The notes under the pieces were generated by a model. It worked only from the letters and a program-made list of their open reading frames with translations. It did no database searches and had not been told where the DNA came from. From an uncultured archaeon (lineage in GTDB: Archaea; EX4484-52; JAADEF01): a DNA stretch of 64,000 nucleotides. Location of the stretch: positions 1 to 64,000 of the forward strand of contig CAYOWP010000004.1 in the NCBI GenBank assembly GCA_964407715.1, read 5' to 3'. Made by a program: the position numbers and the translations under genes. Shown here in pieces: positions 29,965 through 40,057 of the stretch. Each line of letters opens with the position of its first letter. The first letter of the stretch is position 1.

Positions 29965-32900
29965 ATGAGAACATGGAAAATCATGTTTTTGTTATTGTTT
30001 TCCCTTTATTTTATTGTATCTGAAATACATGCTTATAAAATTTATTTTGAAGTTCAAACATATGATAGGAAATATAACTTCTCAGATAAAGTAGTCCTTG
30101 ATGACTCAATAAATAACAAAATTTATTTTTATTTAAGGCAAGATGATGGAGAAGACAATATAACAAATATAACATTTTATCTTCCTGGAGATGTTACCTT
30201 CACAGGTAAAAATGATACTTCTCTTGGTGATGCAGCAGATTTTGGTGTAAATTCTTCCAATCAATCAATTGGGCAGTGGAATATAACAGATAGCACCCAA
30301 CTAAAAAATAGTTTTGGAAGTTTTTGGATGGAGGTTAATGTTCCTATAGATAAGGAAAAGGAATATACTTTCCAATTAAATATCACATATAAAAATAAAA
30401 GCGGGATCTTACGTAATTTCACATTGTGGGTTGATACTCTTTCTCCAAGGGATGTCAAAATAACAAAGGAAAATGATTATGAGTATTATAATATATCTGA
30501 AAACTTGATAGTGGAAGTCTCTTCCTATGATGCTTTATGGAACAAAACTATTCTTGCTGTAGTGTTTAAGAACTCAACAAATTATCCTTATTTACCTGAG
30601 AACACTACCTATTTCATATATGAAAATTCACATATAGAAAACTTTACATATGAGGTTCCAAGTAAGATAATTATCCTTAAGGATATCATAAATGGCACTA
30701 CGTATAATGTTCTTGTTAAAAAAATAGAGACATCATCAAACACATATTATATCATGTTAGGTAATTTCACTAATACCATAAATAATGAATGGTTTAATGG
30801 AGGTTTTGTGTATGATAAAGAAAATATCTCTCAATTTCTTTATATTATTAATTTTGACAAAGATCTTCTTATTAATAAAAGCGGAATATACTATGTGAAT
30901 GGCACTTCATTGCTTTTGGATTCTCACCAATTTGATTATCTCAATGTTAATCTAAGTTATGGTTTTGTCAATTTAAGTGGATTGCAAATAGCATATAGTA
31001 ATCTATCTTTTAATGTCTCATATGTTATTGAAAATACAACTCTTGTATTTAAACCTCTTTATGATGGAAATTACTCTGTATTTGTAGAGGTTTGGGATTT
31101 GTTCTCAAACACTTCCTCAGAAATATCATATGAAATAAATAACTCGCCTTTAGTGTCACCACCTACAGTATCTTTGGATATAGTTAACGGAACTAGGATT
31201 TTGGTAAATAAACCATTTCATTTTACTTTTACATTGGATGATGAGGCTCAAAATTCATCATGCTCCTTATATCTCAATAATAGTTTAGAAGATTCCATAT
31301 CTAATATAGGATCAGGAAAATATTCCCTTTCCTCTACACCAACACAAGCGAAATATTATGTGGTTAATATCACATGCATAAATGACTTTAAATTAAAAGG
31401 CGCTGATTTTAGAGAAATCTATGTTGAGGACAAACCAGATCTCAACTTGTCTTTAGTATCAATTTCACCATCTGCATATGGATTAAATGATGAGATAAAT
31501 ATCTCATATAATATAAGCAATTTGGGCTCCTCAAATGCAAATCAAGTTAATATCACATTCAAAGTATGCTCTGATTCCTCATGTACAAATATCTTACACG
31601 AAAAGTATACAGAAATCAATACGCTTTCCGCAGATGAGTATAAGATAGATTGGTTCAATTATACCATAAAGGATTCCTCTACTCTCTATATAAAAATGGA
31701 TGCTTATTCCAATGATACTGATTTTGATTATTCAAATCAAAACCTATCTCTTATTTTATCTCCAACAATTTCTATAAGTTATGCTGTATCAGAATCAACA
31801 GAGGATTTAAAACCTGGAAGTGATCTAACTATTTATGTAAATGTAGTTCACTATGATGGAACATATATCAGCGAGCTTAATGAAAATAACTTCACTATTT
31901 ATGATTATTGGCATTATATAGGGAAGTATAGAAATAAAACCAAAAATTTATATCTCATCAATAATTTTGGTAATGGGACATATAAATTTGCTTATACCTT
32001 GCCTAATATTTCCTCTAATGAGAAGTATTATGAGTTCGGTGCACATAAATTAATCTTAGAAGTTAGAACAAATAAATATAAGAAAATCAATACAACTGAA
32101 TTGAACTATGATATACAGGCTCCATTTGTTGAGCTTTATTTCAGTGATGTCCCTTCTAGTATGAAAGAAGGTGATAAAAAGACAGCATATATCAAAGCCA
32201 AAAACCTTGGAGATATGACGATTAACACAATTAAAATAACAATAAAAACATCCTCAACCTCAAAACTCACATTTAACGGAGATTCCTCTTATTCCTGCAA
32301 TATAACAGGATTAACTCCTGGAGATACTGAGTCATGTAGTTTTACCTTAAAGGCAGAAGATACGGGAGATGTGGAGATTTATGTAAGTTCATCTTCAAGT
32401 GATACATATTTCATCTTGGATAAGGCATACTCTAAGGATTATCCAGGTTTAGGAGGTAAAATATATTTCTATTCATATCCTGAAAAGGATATAGAAATAG
32501 AAGAAGAGCAAGAAAGTACAACACAGGAATCCTCAAGTGATGAAACAGAATCATCAGAGGAGACAGAAGAGAATGAAGAAACATCACAAACATCTACAAC
32601 AGAAGAAAGCAATAAAGTGAGTGAGATCAAAATTGAAATCCCTGAGAATGAATATTCATTTTTAATTAATGAGTCTAAAACAATTGAAATTAAAATAAAA
32701 AATATAGGAAACAAAACCGCATCTTCCTTATCCTTAGGATTAGAGTATGATAAGGAGAACCTAAATATTACTCATGACTTCAAAAAATCCTCTTTGGATC
32801 CTGGAAAAGAATATGTATTTCATTTGAATGTCTCATCTCCTACTCAACGAGTCGGAAAATATACAATAGCTATAACAGTTGTTTATGATAGCAATAAAGT

Positions 32901-33363
32901 AGCGGATGGGACATTAACCATTACTCTTTTACCTACAGAAAAAAAGAAAAAAGAGATAGAAGATATGTTAGAAAATATGAAATCTGAGATTGAAGAGTTG
33001 GATGTGCCAGAGGATATGAAAGCAGTATATGATCAAACAAAAAGATTTATTGAAGAAGCAGAGAATAAGATAAAAAATGGAGATTATGTATCCGCATATG
33101 CTTTATTAGAAAAAGCTCAAAAGAACATAAATGCAATAAAAATGTCTGCAACTTCAAAGGGAAAAAGCAAATGGTGGATATGGGTAATAGTAATACTTAT
33201 TATATTGGGAATCATAGGAGGAGTGGCTTATTATTTGCTTACACCTCCAACATCAACATATCATCCTGAAAAAGGATATTCATTCAATCCAAAGGTATAT
33301 GAGGAACAGAGAGCAAATTATATAAAGAGATTAAAAGAATCCCTTCAAAGAAAATTGAGTTAG
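29965..33363 (+). CDS. Large surface glycoprotein with CARDB domains, S/T/E linker and C-terminal TM anchor
   Basis: KPDL..ISNLG, KNLGD and KNIGN CARDB-like repeats; dense N-x-S/T sequons; acidic S/T linker at ~32500-32610; WWIWVIVILIILG anchor. Confidence 0.8.
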   Translation: MRTWKIMFLLLFSLYFIVSEIHAYKIYFEVQTYDRKYNFSDKVVLDDSINNKIYFYLRQDDGEDNITNITFYLPGDVTFTGKNDTSLGDAADFGVNSSNQSIGQWNITDSTQLKNSFGSFWMEVNVPIDKEKEYTFQLNITYKNKSGILRNFTLWVDTLSPRDVKITKENDYEYYNISENLIVEVSSYDALWNKTILAVVFKNSTNYPYLPENTTYFIYENSHIENFTYEVPSKIIILKDIINGTTYNVLVKKIETSSNTYYIMLGNFTNTINNEWFNGGFVYDKENISQFLYIINFDKDLLINKSGIYYVNGTSLLLDSHQFDYLNVNLSYGFVNLSGLQIAYSNLSFNVSYVIENTTLVFKPLYDGNYSVFVEVWDLFSNTSSEISYEINNSPLVSPPTVSLDIVNGTRILVNKPFHFTFTLDDEAQNSSCSLYLNNSLEDSISNIGSGKYSLSSTPTQAKYYVVNITCINDFKLKGADFREIYVEDKPDLNLSLVSISPSAYGLNDEINISYNISNLGSSNANQVNITFKVCSDSSCTNILHEKYTEINTLSADEYKIDWFNYTIKDSSTLYIKMDAYSNDTDFDYSNQNLSLILSPTISISYAVSESTEDLKPGSDLTIYVNVVHYDGTYISELNENNFTIYDYWHYIGKYRNKTKNLYLINNFGNGTYKFAYTLPNISSNEKYYEFGAHKLILEVRTNKYKKINTTELNYDIQAPFVELYFSDVPSSMKEGDKKTAYIKAKNLGDMTINTIKITIKTSSTSKLTFNGDSSYSCNITGLTPGDTESCSFTLKAEDTGDVEIYVSSSSSDTYFILDKAYSKDYPGLGGKIYFYSYPEKDIEIEEEQESTTQESSSDETESSEETEENEETSQTSTTEESNKVSEIKIEIPENEYSFLINESKTIEIKIKNIGNKTASSLSLGLEYDKENLNITHDFKKSSLDPGKEYVFHLNVSSPTQRVGKYTIAITVVYDSNKVADGTLTITLLPTEKKKKEIEDMLENMKSEIEELDVPEDMKAVYDQTKRFIEEAENKIKNGDYVSAYALLEKAQKNINAIKMSATSKGKSKWWIWVIVILIILGIIGGVAYYLLTPPTSTYHPEKGYSFNPKVYEEQRANYIKRLKESLQRKLS

Positions 33364-33382
33364 AATATAGGGAGATGAAACC

Positions 33383-34291
33383 ATGATAGAATATATTCTT
33401 TATATTATTGGGATATTCCTATCAACACTTGCTCTATATTTCACAGGCATTTTAAATGTTGATTTTTATGATATTTCTTCTCTTCTTTTTATTTATAAAT
33501 ATGTTGATTTAAAGATGGTATTGGCATTTGTCTTAATCTATGGATTATCGCTATCTTTTCTTTATTGGATAAAAATAAAAAATGAGAATCCAAAACTTAT
33601 GTTCTTAGCAAGTTTTGTTTCTTCTTTTCCATTTTTGATGCTTTCTTATTTTGTTTTTGATATTGGATGGTTTATATTGCTTATTGTGTGTACATTGGGC
33701 ATATCATATATCATTAATATGAATGTATTACGTGAAGAAAAAATATATAAAGTTATACCTTATGACAAACTCTCAGTTAAATTATTTAAGAATGTTTTAT
33801 CTTTATTTTTTATTATTTTTGCTTTATTCCTTGCATTTACATCATCATCAAGGGATAATTCTATATACATAAATAATCTAACATATCACATTGGAAAGAT
33901 AAATCTAACAGATATAACCAATTTAGAGAACAAAATTATATCTCTTCAAAGAAATTATGCTATAAACATAGCAAATGCAACCACTTTCATATTAATGAAT
34001 GAAATATTTAATGATAACTCGCTCTCATATAACACCAAGGTCCAGTGTTTAAGAGCAATAGACTCAAATCGAGAAAATGTGTTAGATAAGATTGATAGAG
34101 AAATATCAAGGAATGCTTCAAACAATATTGGGCAATTTGAAGATATCTCTGGGGTTGTTGAGATATCAATAAAAGCATATCCTATCATAATAGGACTTTA
34201 TGTATATGTGTTATTGGGTTTCACTTTCTTTTTTATATCTTTTGCCTCTCAGGTATTAGTTAAAATATATAAGTTAGTATATCATAAATAA
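33383..34291 (+). CDS. Multi-pass membrane protein
   Basis: About six hydrophobic helices. Confidence 0.7.
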   Translation: MIEYILYIIGIFLSTLALYFTGILNVDFYDISSLLFIYKYVDLKMVLAFVLIYGLSLSFLYWIKIKNENPKLMFLASFVSSFPFLMLSYFVFDIGWFILLIVCTLGISYIINMNVLREEKIYKVIPYDKLSVKLFKNVLSLFFIIFALFLAFTSSSRDNSIYINNLTYHIGKINLTDITNLENKIISLQRNYAINIANATTFILMNEIFNDNSLSYNTKVQCLRAIDSNRENVLDKIDREISRNASNNIGQFEDISGVVEISIKAYPIIIGLYVYVLLGFTFFFISFASQVLVKIYKLVYHK

Positions 34292-34297
34292 AAGTAT

Positions 34298-34789
34298 ATG
34301 ATGCCCTCAACAGAATGTTTAAGTGATGAAGAAAAGATATCCTATTATCTAAGCCACGTAAAAAAACCTGTGTTATTATTTATTGGATTTCCTTTTTCAG
34401 AGATAAAAAAATTTGAATCTCATGCAAAGGTAATATATCTCATTGGAGATTTAAAAGAGAAAAAATCTTGCAAAAAAATAAGTGCATTTTCCTCTATGGA
34501 TGATTTTATCAATAATTTTACATCTCTTGATGCAAAGATAACACATATATTTGCTTATTATATTGGATGGGATCAAATAAAAAACCAACTTCCTCCAAAA
34601 TTTACTCTTAATAACTCAAAACTCTATCTCTTTATAAAAGTGCCATTTGAGAAATGGAAATCTTTTATTGATAAGGATAGATATTTGATTGAGAATACCT
34701 TAAGTGATTATAACCTCAAATTTGATGATATTATCTCATCAAATAAAGAAAATTATTTTTATGGTGTTTTTGCAAAGGTGAAAGGATGA
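34298..34789 (+). CDS. Hypothetical protein
   Basis: ORF tightly packed in the co-directional cluster. Confidence 0.6.
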   Translation: MMPSTECLSDEEKISYYLSHVKKPVLLFIGFPFSEIKKFESHAKVIYLIGDLKEKKSCKKISAFSSMDDFINNFTSLDAKITHIFAYYIGWDQIKNQLPPKFTLNNSKLYLFIKVPFEKWKSFIDKDRYLIENTLSDYNLKFDDIISSNKENYFYGVFAKVKG

Positions 34790-35466
34790 ACTTTAAAGGA
34801 ATGTCTCCTTTATTATCTGGAGTGCTTTACATGACAATCATAGTTACAGGTATTTTGATAGTGATGGCATCCATTTATCCAAAAATAATGGATTTAAAGG
34901 AATACTCAAAAATAACAAATACAATAAAATGTGCTAGGAACATGGATTATGCTTTGTCTCTTTTAGAAAAATCATCTCTTAGAGGAGAACAGGAAATAGA
35001 ATGTAAAATAAAAAATGCAAAGTTGTCAATTAAAAATGACACTATGCTTTTTATATTTCCACATATTGATTATTTATCTCTTGACATATTCAAAAATGAA
35101 GAATATACGTTAAATGAAGGTGTTTATGTCTATGATAATGGAAGTTATTTTCTTATGGGAAACAAATACTTAGAAGTTAATTTTTCAAAGATATATGCCA
35201 ATAACATGATAAATATCTCGCAAATTATAAATAACATATATTATAAAAAGACTTCTAAAAATATTGATGGCTCCTCTTTATATTTCATATTAAATGATGA
35301 TCCCTCTATAAGCATAGGTAGAGGATATACGATAGCTGAGCGCTCTGGAGCATATCTAAAATATGGAAAAATAATTGCTCATGTGGAAAATGATAACGCT
35401 AAATATAATTTAACCTTTATTCTATATCCCTCGGCAGATTATATTATTATCTCTGTGGAGAGTTAA
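34786..35466 (+). CDS. Type IV pilin-like protein (class III signal peptide)
   Basis: MNFKG|MSPLLSGVLYMTIIVTGILIV matches the archaeal K-G cleavage motif followed by a hydrophobic helix. Confidence 0.75.
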   Translation: MNFKGMSPLLSGVLYMTIIVTGILIVMASIYPKIMDLKEYSKITNTIKCARNMDYALSLLEKSSLRGEQEIECKIKNAKLSIKNDTMLFIFPHIDYLSLDIFKNEEYTLNEGVYVYDNGSYFLMGNKYLEVNFSKIYANNMINISQIINNIYYKKTSKNIDGSSLYFILNDDPSISIGRGYTIAERSGAYLKYGKIIAHVENDNAKYNLTFILYPSADYIIISVES

Positions 35467-35501
35467 AAGTATATATTTAACAAATATCTAATAAAATATT
35501 T

Positions 35502-36722
35502 ATGATGTTAAAAAGAAAAGGAACAGAATCTTTTTTTTATGTGTTGTTAGCAGGTTTGGGAATTTTTATACTGATAGCTATAATCTCATTAAGTATTGAT
35601 TATGTGGAAGTAGAGCATCCAGAGGAAGAGATTCCATATCTCCTTAATAAAAAAGGCATAGCCGATACAATCAAAGAGAACAAGATATATTATTTTGATA
35701 AGTTTCTATTTAAATCCTTAGGTAATGTAGAGGAGAATAAAAGGACAATTTATATTGGAGATAAAAACATAGGAAATGTCCTGGCATATGGTGTAGTTAG
35801 AGAGAAACCCAAAATAGAGATATATAATGGATTGTTTGGTAAGAAAAATGAAATAATTTATTTTAGCACATATAATGCAAAAAAGGTTAGAATCTCTTTT
35901 GTTGTTAACAGAACAAACAGATATGGAAGATTGATCCTAAAATTTAATGGAAAAGAAATATTCAGGAACCTAACATATGAAGGAGAGAGAATATTGGTTG
36001 AGATTGAAAAAGGAATAAAAAATAAAAATGTTTTGGAAATTATGTGTGAATCATCTCTACCAAAAATATGGGCTCCAACAAAGTATGAGATAACAAACTT
36101 AAGAATTGAAGCATTGGATTATATATCAAAGGATGCTTACATAGAATTTGAGATTCTTCCAGAAGAATATCAAGGATTACGCTATGTTGAAATCAAATTT
36201 AATGTATTGGATACAAATGAATATGCTCCTCTCTCTTTTATAGTAAATGGAAAAAAGGTATTTGAGGATGTATTTGATGCTGGTGCAGAGCCATATAGAG
36301 TATGGTTATATAGAAAGGACAATCTTAAACCAGGAATAAATGTTCTAAGAATGGAAACATATAACTCATCATATTATGACCTCCTAAATGTAGAGATTAA
36401 CATATATTATATAGGAAATGCACATGTATATGTGGATGAGAGTAATTTCAATATAAATCCTGATGATTATGAGTTTATAGAAAAGAATAAGGATATTTTA
36501 GAGGGAGTTATCGAAATCAACACAAGAAGCATAAATCTTGATAAGGGCATAGTTTTCTATATTAATGGTGCTCGATACACTATCAGCAACTTAAGGAGTT
36601 ATGCATCAAATTATCTCACATTTGATGTTGATCTCCTTAGAAAAGGTGTAAATTATCTGAGATGGGAAACACAAGGAAATTATGAGATAAAAGATATCAA
36701 GATAGGAGTTAGGAAAAAGTGA
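35502..36722 (+). CDS. Putative class III signal-peptide protein with repeated beta-sandwich modules
   Basis: KRKG|TESFFYVLLAGLG; three similar segments (FNG/VNG/ING ... KNVL/INVL/VNYL). Confidence 0.65.
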   Translation: MMLKRKGTESFFYVLLAGLGIFILIAIISLSIDYVEVEHPEEEIPYLLNKKGIADTIKENKIYYFDKFLFKSLGNVEENKRTIYIGDKNIGNVLAYGVVREKPKIEIYNGLFGKKNEIIYFSTYNAKKVRISFVVNRTNRYGRLILKFNGKEIFRNLTYEGERILVEIEKGIKNKNVLEIMCESSLPKIWAPTKYEITNLRIEALDYISKDAYIEFEILPEEYQGLRYVEIKFNVLDTNEYAPLSFIVNGKKVFEDVFDAGAEPYRVWLYRKDNLKPGINVLRMETYNSSYYDLLNVEINIYYIGNAHVYVDESNFNINPDDYEFIEKNKDILEGVIEINTRSINLDKGIVFYINGARYTISNLRSYASNYLTFDVDLLRKGVNYLRWETQGNYEIKDIKIGVRKK

Positions 36723-36728
36723 TATGCT

Positions 36729-37148
36729 ATGAGTGAAAAAAAACTTACATGTCCTGTTGAAGGATGCAACAATGAAGTATATCTTGAGATGATAGATGGT
36801 GAATTATATTGGATTGATAAGATGAATCCATTACAACATAGAGGTAAAGTAATGGAATTACCTTCTCCAAAAAGGGAGCTTTTTTTGGGATATGCATATG
36901 AAAAGGGAATATTAAAAAAGGATAGCGAAAAAAAAGATCAAATAATACAATACACAACTCAGAATATGAAAGTCCCCGTGGATAGCAAACAACACATCCC
37001 ATATGATGCAGCGCTACTTTTTCTTATAGGCATCATATATATAATCTTCTCCTTTATGCCATTTAATGAGTTTTCAAGCTCTCTTTTATATTTATTAGGT
37101 GGTTTCTTTATGATATTAGGCATTGTGGAGTATTTTTCACTTTATTAG
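36729..37148 (+). CDS. Small membrane protein with N-terminal CPxxxC motif
   Basis: CPVEGC; two C-terminal TM helices. Confidence 0.6.
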   Translation: MSEKKLTCPVEGCNNEVYLEMIDGELYWIDKMNPLQHRGKVMELPSPKRELFLGYAYEKGILKKDSEKKDQIIQYTTQNMKVPVDSKQHIPYDAALLFLIGIIYIIFSFMPFNEFSSSLLYLLGGFFMILGIVEYFSLY

Positions 37149-37156
37149 ATTAAAGT

Positions 37157-39004
37157 TTGGTGAATAGCATGATTAACATACTTTTTATAACCACGCTTTT
37201 TTTGGGATGGATGCTAAAATATATTGGATATGATACTCATTATTTTGTACTTTTAATCTTGTTCATAATTGCTTATGGTATATTCTATATAGGTATAAAA
37301 GAAAACAAACAAAAAAGATTTTTGGTTTATGTTTTGTCTTCAAGTTTTATAATTGTTGTGTTGTGGGTATTGGAGTACTTTGAAATCTTATCTCTATCTA
37401 TATATGACTCGCTCTTGTTATCTTTTTCTATATATTTGGCTGGAAGTATTGTTTCAAAACAAAAAAATGAGATAATAACAATTTTTTTAACAATCATTTT
37501 CATAGGTGCTTTTATCTTTTATGTGCCAAACATATCCTTGGCAGAGATATATGGGGGAGATTTAACACATCTTGATAACACCTTACAGAAGCTCCCTTTT
37601 ATTGAAAGGGTAAAGGAAGGTTACAACATATTGATTCAGAGCTTAAAAAATATGACATATTATGAGGATCTTGATTATCCTTCTGGTGCATCTAAGGAAA
37701 AGGAAAAAATAAGAGAATCTGTGAAAAAAGAGATAGATGATATTGTACATCTTGATATTTCCCCTTCCTCAATATCTCAAAAAGGAGATACGAAAAGCAT
37801 TGTCTCGCTCTCTGCAAATAATCTCTTAAAAGATAGATATGCGAGAAATGTATATGTTGGTATGGATGTTGGAAGTGAGGGAAGAATGTATGGTCTTGAT
37901 GTGAATAGTGAAGAAGGATTCTGCTATGAAAATAATAAGAATTGCTATAGTGCAATAGACACAATACCTCCACAAGGATTTGCACCTGCTCTATTCGAGA
38001 TCATGCTTCCCCCATGTAAGAATGATTTTAATGCAGAAATTTATACAAAATATATCACTACAGCAATTGGTGAAAAGGTAATATTTGTAGATAAGGGAGA
38101 ATATAGAGATACTATATCATCAGAAGGTCCATTAACATTGGATATTGAACTTCTTCCAAAGAGACTTACATATCCAGGAGAGGGAGACATGAAATTCATT
38201 ATCAATATCTACTCATTGCTTAATAGCAATCAGTTTGAGAATCAACATGCATATTACAAATATTTATTTCTTTCTATTCCAAAAGAGATAAATCTTGAAA
38301 GGGATTCAACATATTGTCCTTATCAAAAATATAGAGAGGAAGGAGGAAATACAATATATCTTTTTGAAATCAGAGATGAACTTCAATGCTTTGATAAAAA
38401 TACTATTGGAGTGTTAACATGTAAAGCACAAATACCTGAAGAGAGGGTTGATGAGTTTATAAAAGGATATAAGACATTTAGAGTTTATGTACCATATATA
38501 TTTTATGGATCTTTTCCTTATAAAATAGAAACAATAAGTGATAAAGAATGTGAGAATGTCTTTAAGAAAAACACATTTGGATTGAGTGATGTAGAGTTTT
38601 TAAATAAAAGAGGATATTTAATCTCCTTCAGAAAAACATATAATGAAAAGGAAACAATAAACTTAGAAGATTTAGTAAGCGAGATGATAGATTTTTGTCA
38701 TAATATCTTTGAAGGATCTTTTTCTGATCATGAATGTGCTTATGTTGTATTAAAAGGATATAAAGGAAAATTAAACATAGATTCATCAAGGTTCTCAAAG
38801 AGTTCAAAAGATAAGGATAAAGTTGTGTTACAAAAAGATAGTTCCTTAGATGATATCTTATCTAACTTGGAAAAGATATATGGAAATGAAATGGAAAAAG
38901 ATGTGGAAATAATAAACAATTATGATGGTGAAGGAGATCTAAGTATAGATGTAAAATATAAATTTGATTGTAGAGGTGGTAAAATAGTGGTTATCTTTGA
39001 ATGA
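37157..39004 (+). CDS. Membrane protein with large Cys-containing extracellular region
   Basis: About five N-terminal TM helices followed by a beta-rich domain; start may be 37169. Confidence 0.7.
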   Translation: MVNSMINILFITTLFLGWMLKYIGYDTHYFVLLILFIIAYGIFYIGIKENKQKRFLVYVLSSSFIIVVLWVLEYFEILSLSIYDSLLLSFSIYLAGSIVSKQKNEIITIFLTIIFIGAFIFYVPNISLAEIYGGDLTHLDNTLQKLPFIERVKEGYNILIQSLKNMTYYEDLDYPSGASKEKEKIRESVKKEIDDIVHLDISPSSISQKGDTKSIVSLSANNLLKDRYARNVYVGMDVGSEGRMYGLDVNSEEGFCYENNKNCYSAIDTIPPQGFAPALFEIMLPPCKNDFNAEIYTKYITTAIGEKVIFVDKGEYRDTISSEGPLTLDIELLPKRLTYPGEGDMKFIINIYSLLNSNQFENQHAYYKYLFLSIPKEINLERDSTYCPYQKYREEGGNTIYLFEIRDELQCFDKNTIGVLTCKAQIPEERVDEFIKGYKTFRVYVPYIFYGSFPYKIETISDKECENVFKKNTFGLSDVEFLNKRGYLISFRKTYNEKETINLEDLVSEMIDFCHNIFEGSFSDHECAYVVLKGYKGKLNIDSSRFSKSSKDKDKVVLQKDSSLDDILSNLEKIYGNEMEKDVEIINNYDGEGDLSIDVKYKFDCRGGKIVVIFE

Positions 39005-39019
39005 ATTTGGAGGTGAGTT

Positions 39020-40036
39020 ATGAAAAAAAACTATAAGAGTTTATCGGTAATAAGCATATTGTTTTATCTTGCATTATTATCTGTGATAGTAGTCATGCTT
39101 GTTATTGCTACAAAAAAGCATGTCTCATTTTTTGGAAATTTCTTTGGTGAAACCTCTGAACAATCCGCGGCTTATAATAGATGTCTCACTTATTGCCTTT
39201 CTGCATCCCCAAAAGACAAGTGCAAATATGGAGATAAAGAGATTTTATGTGCAGCATTTTTAAGCGTTTTTGGTTCTTCCTTTGTTTTTGATGATGAAAT
39301 ATTTAATGAAGGAAGTTTAACAGCATTAGGCATCAAAAAGGAAAACTTAGTAAGTAATGTTGGAAGTTCTGAAGAATACAAATGTAAGATTTATGATTTC
39401 TTAAATATAGAAAAAAGAACCTTAGGCAAAGGTATAGGTATCCCATCTTTGGATGATATAAGAAAGAGTGTTGAGAGAACCATAGAGAAATATGGCTCAG
39501 CTATAGAGGAGATATCAGAAAACGAGGGTATTGATCCTTGTATTCTTGTGAGCACAGTAGCAATTGAGAGTTCTGGGGGAGTTGTTAAAAGAACAAAATA
39601 TATCTCTTGTGGAATTACAATGATTACCCCACAAAATTTGAGATCATTGGGATATTGTAATGCAAAAGAAAGTGATAAAGAATGTTGTGAAAAGATAGCT
39701 AAGAATGATAGAGCTGCCATTGAGTTAAGCGTTAAACTTTTTAAAAGGTTTGAGAATAACGTGAATCAATACATCTTTAAGAACAACTATCCTATAGATG
39801 AAAATGGAGTTTTCAAGTTGGCATATCTTTTCGCATATTATAATGGTGGTGGAAGTTGCATGGGTCCATCTAAAAGTTGCAGTTTTACATCTTGTAAAAA
39901 CTTAAAGGAAGACTTAAGAGGATTTGATAGCATTCCAATATTCATGTGTGCCTATAAACCTGGAGGTTGCATCGAAACTCAAGCGCATGTTACTAAATCT
40001 CTCTATGCATATAAAATATGTAAGGAGACGTGGTAG
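39020..40036 (+). CDS. Membrane-anchored lytic transglycosylase (SLT/lysozyme-like) domain protein
   Basis: GGAGGTGA RBS; N-terminal hydrophobic helix; Y..AI...S...GIDP.IL...VAIESSG (catalytic ES), GITMITP (GLMQ-equivalent), AYYNGG (AYNAG-equivalent). Confidence 0.75.
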   Translation: MKKNYKSLSVISILFYLALLSVIVVMLVIATKKHVSFFGNFFGETSEQSAAYNRCLTYCLSASPKDKCKYGDKEILCAAFLSVFGSSFVFDDEIFNEGSLTALGIKKENLVSNVGSSEEYKCKIYDFLNIEKRTLGKGIGIPSLDDIRKSVERTIEKYGSAIEEISENEGIDPCILVSTVAIESSGGVVKRTKYISCGITMITPQNLRSLGYCNAKESDKECCEKIAKNDRAAIELSVKLFKRFENNVNQYIFKNNYPIDENGVFKLAYLFAYYNGGGSCMGPSKSCSFTSCKNLKEDLRGFDSIPIFMCAYKPGGCIETQAHVTKSLYAYKICKETW

Positions 40037-40057
40037 TCAATTGCAATGTGAGCTTCT

